NCBI GenBank assembly: GCA_035285595.1
Contig: JAYKGV010000061.1
Location: 6,874-70,873 of the forward strand
Length of the DNA stretch: 64,000 bases
From: Candidatus Sericytochromatia bacterium
GTDB taxonomy: Bacteria > Cyanobacteriota > Sericytochromatia > S15B-MN24 > VGJW01
Direction: 5' to 3'
Below the pieces are notes generated by a model. It saw only the letters and a program-made list of their open reading frames with translations. It ran no database searches and was not told the DNA's origin. The first letter of the stretch is position 1. Every line of letters starts with the position of its first letter. Of this stretch, positions 45,752 to 56,600 are shown piece by piece. The translations under genes were made by a program, and so were the position numbers.

Positions 45752-47896
45752 GTGCCCGGTGCCCGGTCTGTCGACGGGGCCGAGCGGGATCGCGAACCCC
45801 GACCGGCGCGCCGCAAGACGTCCGTGCGCAAGCCCCGCAAGCCCCTCGGGCGGGCGTGGAAGATTGCAGGTTTCGTCGTGGTGGTCTCTGTCAGCGGAGC
45901 TTGCGGGGCTGCCTGGGGCGTGGCCAGAGCCTTTCGCTCCCTGCCTGCCGTTGAAGATCTTCAGCGTTACGTCCCGTTCGAGACGACCGTCGTTCTCGAT
46001 GCCTACGGGGGCGTCTTGGCCAAGGTTCATGGCGAAGAAAACCGGACCGTCGTGCCCTTGGGCGAGGTGCCGCCGCTCGTGCGCCAGGCGGTCATCGCGG
46101 CGGAAGACGTGCGGTTCTACAGGCATCCGGGAGTCGATGCGCGTGGCATTTTGCGTGCGCTCATCAAGGACATAGCTGGACGCAAGGCAGAAGAAGGGGC
46201 CAGTACGCTGACCCAGCAGCTCGCCAAGAATCTCTTTCTGTCTCCCTCCCGGACCCTTGCGCGCAAGCTTGCCGACGCCTGGCTCGCCATCCGGATCGAG
46301 CGCCGTTACTCGAAGGACCAAATCCTCGAGCTCTATTTGAATCAGGTGTACTGGGGCCATAATGCCTACGGCATCGAGGCGGCCTCACAGACCTATTTCG
46401 GTCGAGGGGTCAGGACTCTGGGCCTCGCTGAGGGGGCCTTGCTCGCCGGACTGCTCTCCGAACCCGAGCGGGCCAGTCCTTACCGGCGTTACAAGCGTGC
46501 TTTGCAGCATCAACGGAATGTCCTGCGCAAGATGGTGGCGGCCGGTTTCATCACCCAGTCACAGGCCATGGCGGCCCAGGCCCAGACCCTGCCCATCCTG
46601 CCGCAGCCCCCCCGTAAACGCGAAACCTTGAAGGCACCCTACTTCACGTCCTATCTGCTGGATGATCTGCGGGAACGATTCGGGGCTGATTATCTCCAGA
46701 AGAGTGGACTGAGAATATCGACGACCTTGAACCCGAATTGGCAGGCGAAGGCCGAGGAGCTTGTCACCGAGGTCCTGAAGCGTGACGGCAAGTCGAACCG
46801 CTTCAGTCAGGCGACCTTGATCGCACTGGAACCGCAGACGGGGGCGATCCGGGCCATGGTCGGCGGAGCCGACTGGAGTCGGTCCCAGTTCAATCGGGCC
46901 GTCCAAGCCCACCGTCAGCCCGGAAGCTCATTCAAACCGGTGCTGTACCTCACAGCCTTCGCGCAGGGCATCGCCCCGACTCTGGTCTTCAGTGACGAGC
47001 CCCGGACATGGACCGGCGGAGACGGCAAGCCTTGGACCCCCCTCAACTATGGGGGAGAGCGATATGGTGCCCTTCCCTTGCGGCGTGCGCTCGAAATTTC
47101 GAACAATGTGATTGCCGTCAAGTTGATCGAGCGCGTGGGCGCCTCCAAAGTGGTGGAGACTGCGCGTCGCCTTGGGTTCCGCTCGGATATCCAGCCCAAT
47201 CTATCGTTGGCATTGGGGACCTCCGAAGTGACCCCGCTCGAGTTGGCGGCAGCTTTTGCGACCTTTGCGGCCGAAGGCAAGTTCGCTCCGCCGCAGGCCT
47301 GGACCCGGCTGACCGATCGGACCGGAACGGTGTTGCAGCGGCGGGTCCCCCGGGCCGTACAGGTGGTGCCACCCGGTCCGATAAGGATCCTCAACGATGT
47401 CTTGCAGGGGGTCATTCTCAGGGGAACGGGTTATGCCGCCAGAATCGGCAGACCCGCAGCGGGCAAGACTGGCACCACATCGGACCACAGGGATGCCTGG
47501 TTCGTCGGGTATACGCCGGAATTGGTGACGCTGGTGTGGGTCGGAAATGATGACAATTCCACGATGACAAGCGGGACGACGGGGGGAGAGGTCTGTGCCC
47601 CTTTGTGGGCCCGCTTCATGACCCACGCACTCAAACAGGCCACTCCCTCGGCCTTCGTGTCGCCGGAAGTGCCCAAGCAGGCGCGTGCCAAGGTCGCCCT
47701 GCCCAGTCGGACGTCCCCACAGCCGGACCTTGAGGGTGCCAAGCGCCCCCCACGAGCCACTGGACTTCCGGCAAAGGGAGAGCGGGCCACACCTTCCGCC
47801 GCTGCCCCTATCTCTCGTCCGATCCCTCAGCCTCCGTTGCGACTACCGGAGCGACCGGGCAAGCCCGCAAGCGGACTCGACGACGAGAGCCTGTGA
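45752..47896 (+). CDS. Class A penicillin-binding protein (transglycosylase/transpeptidase)
   Basis: GT51 motifs (EDVRFYRHPGVD, TLTQQLAKN). Transpeptidase motifs SSFKP, SNN (ISNNV) and KTGT. GTG start at 45752 with GGAGG 6 nt upstream. Pro-rich C-terminal tail. Confidence 0.85.
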   Translation: MPGARSVDGAERDREPRPARRKTSVRKPRKPLGRAWKIAGFVVVVSVSGACGAAWGVARAFRSLPAVEDLQRYVPFETTVVLDAYGGVLAKVHGEENRTVVPLGEVPPLVRQAVIAAEDVRFYRHPGVDARGILRALIKDIAGRKAEEGASTLTQQLAKNLFLSPSRTLARKLADAWLAIRIERRYSKDQILELYLNQVYWGHNAYGIEAASQTYFGRGVRTLGLAEGALLAGLLSEPERASPYRRYKRALQHQRNVLRKMVAAGFITQSQAMAAQAQTLPILPQPPRKRETLKAPYFTSYLLDDLRERFGADYLQKSGLRISTTLNPNWQAKAEELVTEVLKRDGKSNRFSQATLIALEPQTGAIRAMVGGADWSRSQFNRAVQAHRQPGSSFKPVLYLTAFAQGIAPTLVFSDEPRTWTGGDGKPWTPLNYGGERYGALPLRRALEISNNVIAVKLIERVGASKVVETARRLGFRSDIQPNLSLALGTSEVTPLELAAAFATFAAEGKFAPPQAWTRLTDRTGTVLQRRVPRAVQVVPPGPIRILNDVLQGVILRGTGYAARIGRPAAGKTGTTSDHRDAWFVGYTPELVTLVWVGNDDNSTMTSGTTGGEVCAPLWARFMTHALKQATPSAFVSPEVPKQARAKVALPSRTSPQPDLEGAKRPPRATGLPAKGERATPSAAAPISRPIPQPPLRLPERPGKPASGLDDESL

Positions 47897-47911
47897 GCGC
47901 GGTCTGAGTGC

Positions 47912-48283
47912 TCAGGCGCCCCGCGAGCGCAGGCGCGCAATCTCCGCAGCTTGTCTTCTGACCGTGTCCTCGAGGGAGTGGACGCCCTGGACCAGCTCGT
48001 CAACCTGGCCCCGTAGACGGTCTCGCTCTTCTTGAAGCCCCAGCACCGTGTCGGACAACCGATCAAGCGAGGCAGAAGGCGCAGCAGCGAGTTCGAGGAT
48101 GTCTTCTGGCTCTTCATCCAAGTTCGGGATGTTGTCCAAAGTCAGGCTGCGGCGCAGGGAGCGAATACTCCGTTCGCTCTCGCGGATGTTCCGCAGTTGC
48201 TGGAAGAGGGCGACGATATCGGGGTTCTCGCGATCCAGAATCCCTGCGTCCTGCAAGTCGTGGATGCGGTTTCTCTCAGCCAT
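47912..48283 (-). CDS. Hypothetical coiled-coil protein
   Basis: 123 aa, heptad-rich (ZapB/DUF904-like appearance only). Confidence 0.45.
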   Translation of the reverse strand: MAERNRIHDLQDAGILDRENPDIVALFQQLRNIRESERSIRSLRRSLTLDNIPNLDEEPEDILELAAAPSASLDRLSDTVLGLQEERDRLRGQVDELVQGVHSLEDTVRRQAAEIARLRSRGA

Positions 48284-48363
48284 GACCCAGCCCTCCCGGT
48301 GAACAGACGCTGCCGAATTTTCGTCCTTTCAACGCTTGCCGGGCAGTGAGCGGGGTCACCAAC

Positions 48364-49122
48364 CTAGGGTCGCGAGAGAGTTCTGGTGACGTCTTCGAGG
48401 ACGAGATCCCCTATACGAGGCATCATGCCGGTAGTCCGTTCTTCGATGTCGCAAAGCGAGAACCATTCTTCTGCCCGCTGGACCCGGGCGAGGGCCACCG
48501 TATCCTGCCGGATACCCACGATTCGCCGTATGACCACCCCGCTTCCACGCGTCAGGCCGGACCGGGTGCCGAGATCGATGTATAGTTGGCCGTCTCGCAG
48601 ATCCCGTACCCGCCCCGTCAAGGGATGGCTGGTCCGGAGGTAGCGTCGTGTGCGTTGGGCGACCTCAGCGGGTGTGCTGCCGGTCGCCTCGAAAAGCGGT
48701 CCTACCTCACCCAGAGCCAGATCCACCACCCGGGCCGCAAGTCCCGGACCACCCTCCGCGGCGGCTTGGCTTCGTCCTACGAGGAGGTAACGAACCGGTG
48801 TCCGGGAGCGTAACTGGTCTCGGGCCGCTACGGTCAAGGTGGGGTCCAGCTGCATGTCCGGACCTTTGAGTGTCATGCGGAGATTGCCTGTACCCGCCAG
48901 GTGGAACCGTCCATCCTGAGCAAGCACCCGGGCCAATGTGGCATTCATGGCCAAGGGATCAGGGGTGATGAGCAAGGTCAGCCCTTGAGGATCCAAGCGT
49001 GGTTGGGGGGCGGGAGAGGGGGCTTGGGCGGCGGCCACGGGCATGAGCCAGATGGCCAGCACCGTCACGGCGACAAGTGTCGTTCCTGCCACTCCTGCCC
49101 GAAGGGAGATCGAGGGTTTCAC
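48364..49122 (-). CDS. Hypothetical secreted protein
   Basis: N-terminal signal peptide. No recognisable domain. Start overlaps the stop of the upstream nitrilase-family gene. Confidence 0.5.
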   Translation of the reverse strand: MKPSISLRAGVAGTTLVAVTVLAIWLMPVAAAQAPSPAPQPRLDPQGLTLLITPDPLAMNATLARVLAQDGRFHLAGTGNLRMTLKGPDMQLDPTLTVAARDQLRSRTPVRYLLVGRSQAAAEGGPGLAARVVDLALGEVGPLFEATGSTPAEVAQRTRRYLRTSHPLTGRVRDLRDGQLYIDLGTRSGLTRGSGVVIRRIVGIRQDTVALARVQRAEEWFSLCDIEERTTGMMPRIGDLVLEDVTRTLSRP

Positions 49123-49982
49123 GTTGCGGCCATCCTGTTGGCCCGAATGCGGGCCAACTCCGCCAGTGTCAGTTCGAGGCGCTCGTCACGACCCAGCGGG
49201 GTATCCGTTCTGGCTCGCCTGAGCGCCCACGGATCCAACTCCATCTCGAGCAGGGCCGCCTCGATCAGGGGGGCCTCGGCTACGACCTGACCGCGGGGAT
49301 CCACCACGGCCGAACCACCCCAGAAGCAAGTTCCGTCCTCGAACCCCACCCGATTGGCGAAGACGAGATGCACGCCGTGCATCCTTGCCAAAGTCCGGTT
49401 CAGCTCTCCCCAGGCTCGAGCTGCCGCAGGTTGGTCTCCCTCCAACCCACGGATCGGCGAGGCCGCCGTGACCAGCAGGAGCGCTGCGCCGTCGGCCACG
49501 AGCAGACCGGCTGCCGACGGGTGCCAAGCATCTTCGCAAATGAGCATACCGACTCGTCCGATGCCAGTATCGAAGGCACGAAAGGCTTGTCCGGACTCAA
49601 AGTAGCGCGCATCCTCAAAGAGCCCGTAATTGGGCAGATACACCTTGTCATGACGATGCAGTACCCTGCCTGCGGATAGATACAAGGAGGAAAGACGTAC
49701 TTGCTCTTCTGTCGTGCGGCACACGGCACCGATGACAATGTCGCTTCGCATCGATCGCTCGAGGAGCGGAGCAAGCCTGCTGTCGCCCTCGACTAGGGCA
49801 AGGTCTGGAGCGAGATCCTTGACGAAATAGCCCGTAAGGGAGAGCTCGGGAAACACGACGAGGTCTGCGCGTCGACCCGCGGGGCTGTCGAGGCATTCGA
49901 GATGTCGTCGCAGGTTCTCTTCGACATCGCCCAGTGCCGGGGCCATCTGCGCCACGAGGATGCGAGGCGCCTTCATCCTCAA
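49119..49982 (-). CDS. Carbon-nitrogen hydrolase (nitrilase superfamily)
   Basis: VFPELSLTGY (catalytic Glu region), a Lys region and LICED (catalytic Cys) motifs. Confidence 0.8.
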   Translation of the reverse strand: MRMKAPRILVAQMAPALGDVEENLRRHLECLDSPAGRRADLVVFPELSLTGYFVKDLAPDLALVEGDSRLAPLLERSMRSDIVIGAVCRTTEEQVRLSSLYLSAGRVLHRHDKVYLPNYGLFEDARYFESGQAFRAFDTGIGRVGMLICEDAWHPSAAGLLVADGAALLLVTAASPIRGLEGDQPAAARAWGELNRTLARMHGVHLVFANRVGFEDGTCFWGGSAVVDPRGQVVAEAPLIEAALLEMELDPWALRRARTDTPLGRDERLELTLAELARIRANRMAAT

Positions 49983-50467
49983 TTCGCCTGGATGTGCTGA
50001 CGTCCTGCCTGGACGGTAGAGAGTACTCTGCTTACACGGTCCTCCAACGTGCCGAGGACCTCGTCCGCATAGCGGTCGGCCCCGTCCTGCTGGGTTTGCA
50101 GTTCCGAATCGAGCGCTGTCCGGATCCTGGCCGCCTCATCATGGGCGGCCCGCACAAGCTCATGCTCCTGGACCAACGCCTGCGCCTGACGTCTCGCGTC
50201 CTCCACCAGGGCGGTCGCTTCTTCGCGTGCTTCCGCGAGCAGCTGCGCTTGCCGCGCCAGAATGTCCTTTGCCTTTTCGAACTCGCCGGGCAAGGAACCT
50301 TCCAACTCCTCGAGCAGATCGTAGAAGCGGTCGTCCGGCACCATCGTCACCCGCGCAAGCGGGATGTGAAGACTCTGGGTGAACAGATCGCCCATGGCGT
50401 GGACGAGGTCGAGGGCCTTCAGGGTCGGGCGACGATGAGTTGAGGAGTCGGGAACATTCAGGGGCAT
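49979..50467 (-). CDS. Hypothetical coiled-coil protein
   Basis: 162 aa. Ala/Glu/Arg-rich helical C-terminal half. Start overlaps the nitrilase-family gene. No confident family. Confidence 0.45.
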   Translation of the reverse strand: MPLNVPDSSTHRRPTLKALDLVHAMGDLFTQSLHIPLARVTMVPDDRFYDLLEELEGSLPGEFEKAKDILARQAQLLAEAREEATALVEDARRQAQALVQEHELVRAAHDEAARIRTALDSELQTQQDGADRYADEVLGTLEDRVSRVLSTVQAGRQHIQAN

Positions 50468-50473
50468 CGGGCG

Positions 50474-50986
50474 TTACTCCTGGGATGCGGAAGGGGGCGA
50501 GAAGCGATGAGCAAGGTGGCGAGCCACCGCAGGAGGGACGAAAGCTGAGATATCGCCTCCCAGGGAGGCCACTTCCTTGACCGTGGACGAGGCGAGAAAG
50601 AGATTTTCGGCACGCGTCATCAGGAACACGGTGTCGAGGTCAGGGTTGAGTTTGCGGTTCATCAACGCGATGCGCAACTCGGCATCGAAGTCCGACACGG
50701 CCCGTAGGCCACGGATGAGGGTACGTGCGCCCCGAGCAGCCGCAAAGTCGGCCGTCAGGCCTTGAAAGCTGCAGACCTCGACCTTGGGCCGTTCTTTGCA
50801 CACTTCGCGCAAAAGGGCCACCCGCTCCTCAATGTCCAGTAACCCCTTCTTGGTGGTGTTGTTGAGGACGGCAACCACGACATGGTCGAAAAGTTCGATG
50901 GCGCGATCGATGATGTCGAGGTGTCCGACCGTCACCGGATCGAAGGAGCCCGGATAGATGGCCGTACGACCTTGCGGCTCAGCCAT
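50474..50986 (-). CDS. coaD: Phosphopantetheine adenylyltransferase
   Basis: TAIYPGSFDPVTVGHLDII is the hallmark of PPAT. Confidence 0.9.
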   Translation of the reverse strand: MAEPQGRTAIYPGSFDPVTVGHLDIIDRAIELFDHVVVAVLNNTTKKGLLDIEERVALLREVCKERPKVEVCSFQGLTADFAAARGARTLIRGLRAVSDFDAELRIALMNRKLNPDLDTVFLMTRAENLFLASSTVKEVASLGGDISAFVPPAVARHLAHRFSPPSASQE

Positions 50987-52764
50987 CAGGCCTTCACCGG
51001 GGGGATCTTGCGCAGCCGAACACTGGCGGGAGTCACTTCCACCCGTTCATCCTCAGCGATGTACTCCATGGCTCGCTCGAGGTTCATGTCCACGGGTACG
51101 TGGAGGCGGACCAACTCGTCACCACCAGCCGCCCGCATGTTGGTCAGCTTCTTCATTTTGCAGACATTGACGGTCAGATCCTGCGGGCGATTGTGCTCGC
51201 CTACGATCATGCCCGGATAGACCCGGGTGCCGGGCTTGATGAAGAACTCTCCCCGATCCTCGAGGTTGCCGAGAGCATAGGCCGTGGCTTCACCCTCCTC
51301 GTGCGCTACCAACACCCCATTTCGATCAGCAGCCAGATCACCTGCCCAGGGACGCCAGCCCGAAAAACCGTGGTTCAGGGTGCCTTGCCCGCGTGTCATA
51401 CGGATGAAGTCCGAGCGGAAACCCAAGAGCCCGCGCGCAGGAACCTCGAAGGTCAGCATAGTCTGCTGTGTCTGCTCCATGTGACGCAGTTCCCCGCGTC
51501 GGCGCCCGAGTGCCTCGATGACCGTTCCGGCATACTCCTGCGGAACCTCGGCGTGAACCTGCTCGAAAGGCTCGTGCAAGGTGCCGTCGAGCGTGCGGGT
51601 GATGACCCGGGGCTTGGAAATTTGAAACTCATAGCCTTCGCGACGCATGGTTTCCACGAGGATGCCCAAGTGCAGCTCTCCTCGGCCCGAGACGAGGAAG
51701 GCATCCGTGCTGTCCGTGTCCTGGACGCGCAAGGCGACGTTGCTTTCGAGTTCGCGGTAGAGCCGCGCGCGCAGCTGGCGGCTGGTCACGAACTTTCCTT
51801 CGCGTCCGGCGAAGGGGCTGTCGTTGACGGCAAAGGTCATCTGCAAGGTGGGTTCGTCGACCGTCAGCCGCGGTAGGGCCTCGGGAAGCTCGGGGTCGCA
51901 GAGTGTATCGCCGATGTTGGCCGCAGGAAATCCTGCGACAGCCACGATGTCTCCGGCGTGGGCCACTTCGGTCTCGACACGTTTGAGACCCGCGAAGGTG
52001 AAGAGCTTGGAGATCCTGCCCTTCTGCACGCTGCCGTCTTCCACCACCAGCGCCAAGGGCTGGCCGGATCTGATCTGGCCCCGGTGGATACGACCGATGA
52101 CCACACGGCCAAGATACTCGTTGTAGTCCAGGGTGGTGACCTGAAGTTGGGGCGTGCCTTCGGAGTCCACCGGCGGTGGCGGGACATGCTCCAGAATGGC
52201 CTCGAAGATGGGCCGCATGTCCGTGCCGGGTTCATCGGGATCCTGCGTGGCAATCCCCTCAAGTCCGCTTGCGTAAACCACAGGGAACTCGAGCTGGTCG
52301 ATGTCGGCCCCGAGGTCGATGAACAGATCCACGACCATGTCGACCACTTCGCGAGGGCGGGCGCCGGGGCGATCGATCTTGTTGATGACCACAATCGGCT
52401 TCAGGCCGCGCTCGAGCGCTTTGCGCAGCACGTAACGCGTCTGAGGCATCGGCCCATCGAAGGCATCCACGATCAGCAGGCACCCGTCGACCATGCCAAG
52501 GACCCGTTCGACTTCACCGGAGAAGTCTGCGTGACCCGGCGTATCCACGATATTGATCCGCGTGTCTCCCCAGGAGACGGCGGTGTTCTTGGCAAGGATG
52601 GTGATGCCGCGCTCGCGCTCAAGATCCAGCGAGTCCATGACGCAGGTGGCAACGGCCTGATTCTCGCGGAAGACCCCGGACTGGCGAAGCAGGGCATCGA
52701 CGAGGGTCGTCTTGCCGTGATCGACGTGGGCGATGATGGCGACGTTCCGCAAAGAGAGAATCAT
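50986..52764 (-). CDS. typA: Translational GTPase TypA/BipA
   Basis: [33 protein letters not shown]-motifs and full-length BipA-like C-terminal domains. Confidence 0.9.
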   Translation of the reverse strand: MILSLRNVAIIAHVDHGKTTLVDALLRQSGVFRENQAVATCVMDSLDLERERGITILAKNTAVSWGDTRINIVDTPGHADFSGEVERVLGMVDGCLLIVDAFDGPMPQTRYVLRKALERGLKPIVVINKIDRPGARPREVVDMVVDLFIDLGADIDQLEFPVVYASGLEGIATQDPDEPGTDMRPIFEAILEHVPPPPVDSEGTPQLQVTTLDYNEYLGRVVIGRIHRGQIRSGQPLALVVEDGSVQKGRISKLFTFAGLKRVETEVAHAGDIVAVAGFPAANIGDTLCDPELPEALPRLTVDEPTLQMTFAVNDSPFAGREGKFVTSRQLRARLYRELESNVALRVQDTDSTDAFLVSGRGELHLGILVETMRREGYEFQISKPRVITRTLDGTLHEPFEQVHAEVPQEYAGTVIEALGRRRGELRHMEQTQQTMLTFEVPARGLLGFRSDFIRMTRGQGTLNHGFSGWRPWAGDLAADRNGVLVAHEEGEATAYALGNLEDRGEFFIKPGTRVYPGMIVGEHNRPQDLTVNVCKMKKLTNMRAAGGDELVRLHVPVDMNLERAMEYIAEDERVEVTPASVRLRKIPPVKA

Positions 52765-52853
52765 ATCTACATGCTAGGGTGCCGTCCGAGGGGCGTCAAA
52801 CGTGGCCCCCGGCCCGACTGCGGCGTCTGACAGGCCCGTGTTATGATGGTTGC

Positions 52854-53687
52854 GTGACGTTTTGTGAACTTACATCCCGGCTGGGGGCGCGTGCATCTGT
52901 CGTCCTCCTTGCGTGGCTCATCGGGGTCGCTCCGTTGCCCGCGTGGGCCCGGCCGGATCACGCGCTCCCCGCGTCCGGGTCTGCGCGAGGGCTCGAGGCC
53001 GCCCAGTTGCCTGGAGCCGATTGGCCGGAGGCGACGGTCGTGATCGGCGGAGCGTCGATGCTGCGCTTGACGGCTGCCGACGAGGCCCACCTGGCCAAGC
53101 GGCTCGCGGAGGTCCGGGCACGGTTGCGGGCGGCGGTGACCCGAGACGAGACGTTCAGGCCCTCCGGTTCCCTCAAGGTGCTAAGGTCTGGGCACGAGCC
53201 GCTCATCGGCCTCGGGCGCATGCCGATCGTCACCGTGACGATCGTGGACGCTTCGAGAGTCCAGCGTCCGGCTTCCGATCTGGCCGAGCGTTGGATCGAG
53301 AGTCTTGGAGTCGCGATGAGCCGACTTCCCGTCGGTGACGCGTGGGACGAAGCTTGGTTTCGGGTCGAAAGACCCTCGGGTAAACCTTGGGAGCCCAGGT
53401 TGCTCGCCGCGGCCATCTTGGAGGTCGGAGAGCTGGTGCCCTTCGGGGGAACCGGGATTCGGGCCTCGCTGCACGGCCATTTGTTGCGTCTGACCGGCGA
53501 GGTGGCGAGCCTCGGGGAAAAACTGGCTCTTGGCCGGAACGCCCGCAATCTTCCCGGAGTGCGTGACATCGACAACCGCCTGCAGGTCCGCGGCGATGCT
53601 CCCGGCAAGGACCTCCCTCCGGAGGCCAACTGGCTGCCTGCGGCCACTTTGTCACCGGCAGGTCTCGCCACCGGGGGACATCGCTAG
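52854..53687 (+). CDS. Secreted protein with C-terminal BON-like domain
   Basis: Signal peptide ...SVVLLAWLIGVAPLPAWA. C-terminal LPGVRDIDNRLQVRGD resembles a BON domain. Start uncertain (GTG 52854 or GTG 52779). Confidence 0.45.
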   Translation: MTFCELTSRLGARASVVLLAWLIGVAPLPAWARPDHALPASGSARGLEAAQLPGADWPEATVVIGGASMLRLTAADEAHLAKRLAEVRARLRAAVTRDETFRPSGSLKVLRSGHEPLIGLGRMPIVTVTIVDASRVQRPASDLAERWIESLGVAMSRLPVGDAWDEAWFRVERPSGKPWEPRLLAAAILEVGELVPFGGTGIRASLHGHLLRLTGEVASLGEKLALGRNARNLPGVRDIDNRLQVRGDAPGKDLPPEANWLPAATLSPAGLATGGHR

Positions 53688-56600
53688 ATGGCGGGGGATC
53701 CCGTCCGCGGCACGGGAACGCCGGCGCCCGCTCCGGTCGTCTCCGGGCCTTGGTCCCGACGCTACTTCGTGGCGGTCACTTCGGTCGGCTGGTTGCTCGC
53801 CGCGGGCTTCCTCGCGGATCTCATCTGGAAGGGCGAGGCCCTGCGGGCTCTTTCCGAACCGCTCCTTCTGCTGTTTCTCGCGCTCGGCCTGTTCTCCGAG
53901 TCCTTCCAGATTTCGTTGCCACGCGGAGGGCGCATGTCACCCTCTTTCGCCGTCTTCTTTTCCTGTTTGCTCGAACACGGGCCCTTTCCCACGCTGCTGG
54001 TGATTTTCGCTGGTGGATTAGGGGCGGCGCTGTTCCAGGCACGTCCGCTCGCGGCCGGACTCTTCAACACGGCGCAGTACGTCCTTGCGACCGTGGGAGC
54101 TCATCTCGTGCTGACGGCCGGGGGTCATGTCCCCGCCGCCTGGCAGGCGACCTCGCCGGGGGTGTTCGCGGTCGCCGCGCTCGTTTTCGTGGGGCTGAAC
54201 GCCGTGCTGGTCGACGGTTACTTCGCCATCGAGCGGCGCCAATCCCTGTGGACCTTGCTTTGGCGCGACGATCGCTGGGAGTTCATCTTCACCTTGCTTC
54301 AGGCACCCATCGCCATCATGGTGCCGTGGCTTCTCCACACCTACGCCTGGCAGGTTTCCGCGTTGGTGCTCGTGCCGTTTCTCGCTTCGACGATCCTGTT
54401 CCTGCAGGTCATCCGAAGCCGACAGATCCGTCGTGAGTTGGCCGAACGCAATACGTCGCTCGCCGAGGCGGTCGAAGGGTTGGATCGCACCAATCGGCAG
54501 CTGGCCCGGACCAACGAAGACCTCGATGCAGCCAATCATCAGCTGGCCCGGACGATTTCCGATCTCGACGGGGCCAATCGTGAACTTCGCGTCCTTCACG
54601 GAGTAGCTTCGGCCATCTCGGGCAGTACGGACCTTGCGGAGACCTTGCGCGAGATCGGTGCAGGCATTCGTCAGGTTTTCGATCCCGGCGCCTGCCTGCT
54701 AATCCTTGGCGACAAGGAGAGTGGCGAGCTTGCGCCTGTCGATCTCGACGGTCTTACACCTGCGGAAGGCACGCTCCCCGAAGGCTGGGTCCTGCGCGTG
54801 GCCAACTTGGTACAAGCCCGCGAGGATGTTCTTCTGATCGAGGACCTGCGAGAGAGTGAGCTCGGTGAAGGGTTACCTCCGGGTATGCACGCGAGTTTGT
54901 TGGCCGCTCCGATCCGGACCGACGAGGGATTTGCCGGGCTTCTTTGTCTCCTCGACCCAGAGCCGGCGGCATTTTCCCCGCGCGAGGGCGAATTGCTGGC
55001 TACACTGGCCGCCCACGCGACTTTTGCGATCCGCAAGGCTCAGCTCTACCAAGCCACCCAGTTGCTGGCGATCACGGATGGCCTGACGGGTGTCTACAAC
55101 CGGCGTTATCTTCAACGACAGCTTGAGTCTGAACTGCGACGTGCCTCCCGCCTCGGCCATGGCACCAGTGTCGTGTTGCTGGACGTCGATTTTTTCAAGG
55201 CCTTCAACGACTCCCATGGTCATCTCCTGGGCGACCAGGTCCTGCGTTCCCTCGCCCAGGTCTTGCGGGATTCGGTGCGAGAAACGGACGTGGTGGCACG
55301 CTACGGAGGCGAGGAGTTCGCCGTCATCCTTCCGGAGACTCCCCTGGAAGCGGCGATGGCCGTGGTGGCCAGATTCCGCACCCGCCTTCGCCAGCATCCT
55401 TTCTGGGGGCGCAGCCAGACCCCCGTGCAGGTGACGGTCAGCATCGGCCTCTCCCACCACGTCACCAGTCGGACCACCGCCGACGAGCTGCTCGACCGGG
55501 CTGACCAGGCTCTTTACGCGGCCAAGCACGGAGGACGAGACAGAGTCTTCGGGTGGGACTCCGAAGCCGAATCGCCGCTTCAGATGGCGTCTCCCGAGGC
55601 TGGCTCCCAGCCTCGCCAGCCCATACGGCAGTCGGCGGTTCTGGACAGGGGCCGCTGGGCCTCTTGGCTGGCCGAAGGCGTGGCGCCCGCTGCCCAGCGT
55701 TGCAGCCAAGCCATGCGGTTGTGCGGGGCGGTCGGCCAGATGGAAAACACGGCGGAAGTCCTGGCAGGTCAGGCACGCCAGCTCCTGCTTCTCCGTCTCG
55801 AAGCCGGGGCAGCGGAAGCAGGTGATCCCGAAGAGGCCGTTGCCTTCTATCAGGCGCTTCGGGCGGAGGCGGTGGGTTGGTTGACGGCGGGCATCTCCTT
55901 GACTCAGGCCGAGAACGTCATCTTGGTGCTGCTGGGAGCTTTCCAGGAGCACGTCCGGCACGGGCCCTTTTCCCCGCAGGACAAGTTGATCGTCCTGTCT
56001 GGTCTGGAATGGCTCTCCCGGCAATCCATGCTGGCCCTGTCTCTTGTCTGGCATGAGAGCTACCAGCAGGCCAACAGGGATCTCCTGTTGCTCGAGCGGA
56101 TGGATCGGGTGACCGGTGGTCTGGATCCGTGGCTCGAACAAGCTCTGGACGTCTTGCGCGAGGCCTTCGGGGGCTTGCCTGTCCTGCTCATGGCACGCGA
56201 GCCGGACGGCATGGTCCTCCGGGCCCGTTCGGGCGGAGACGGCGTCTGGCGCGTGCCCGCCGATGTGACCTGGCCCGAAGGCCTGGCCACGGCCGACGCG
56301 GCGTTCACGGTGTCCGCACCTTTCGGTGTCGGCGAGGAGGCCCGTGGGGAACTGATGCCCCAGGCTCTCGTTCTTCCCCTTCGTCACGAAGGTCAGCTGC
56401 TGGGGGCCGTGCTCGTGGGTTTGCGCGAGGGACGCAGGGTTGGCTCCCGTGAACGTCGCCTTGCGAGGACCGTCGCGGGTCGGGTGGCGTCGGCGCTCGG
56501 GCGCGCCCTGCTCGAGGAGCGGCGACACGAAGCCTACCTTTCCGCCATCGGCGAGTTGGTGGGAAGTCTGGAGGCTCAGGACGGCTACGAGCAGGGGCAT

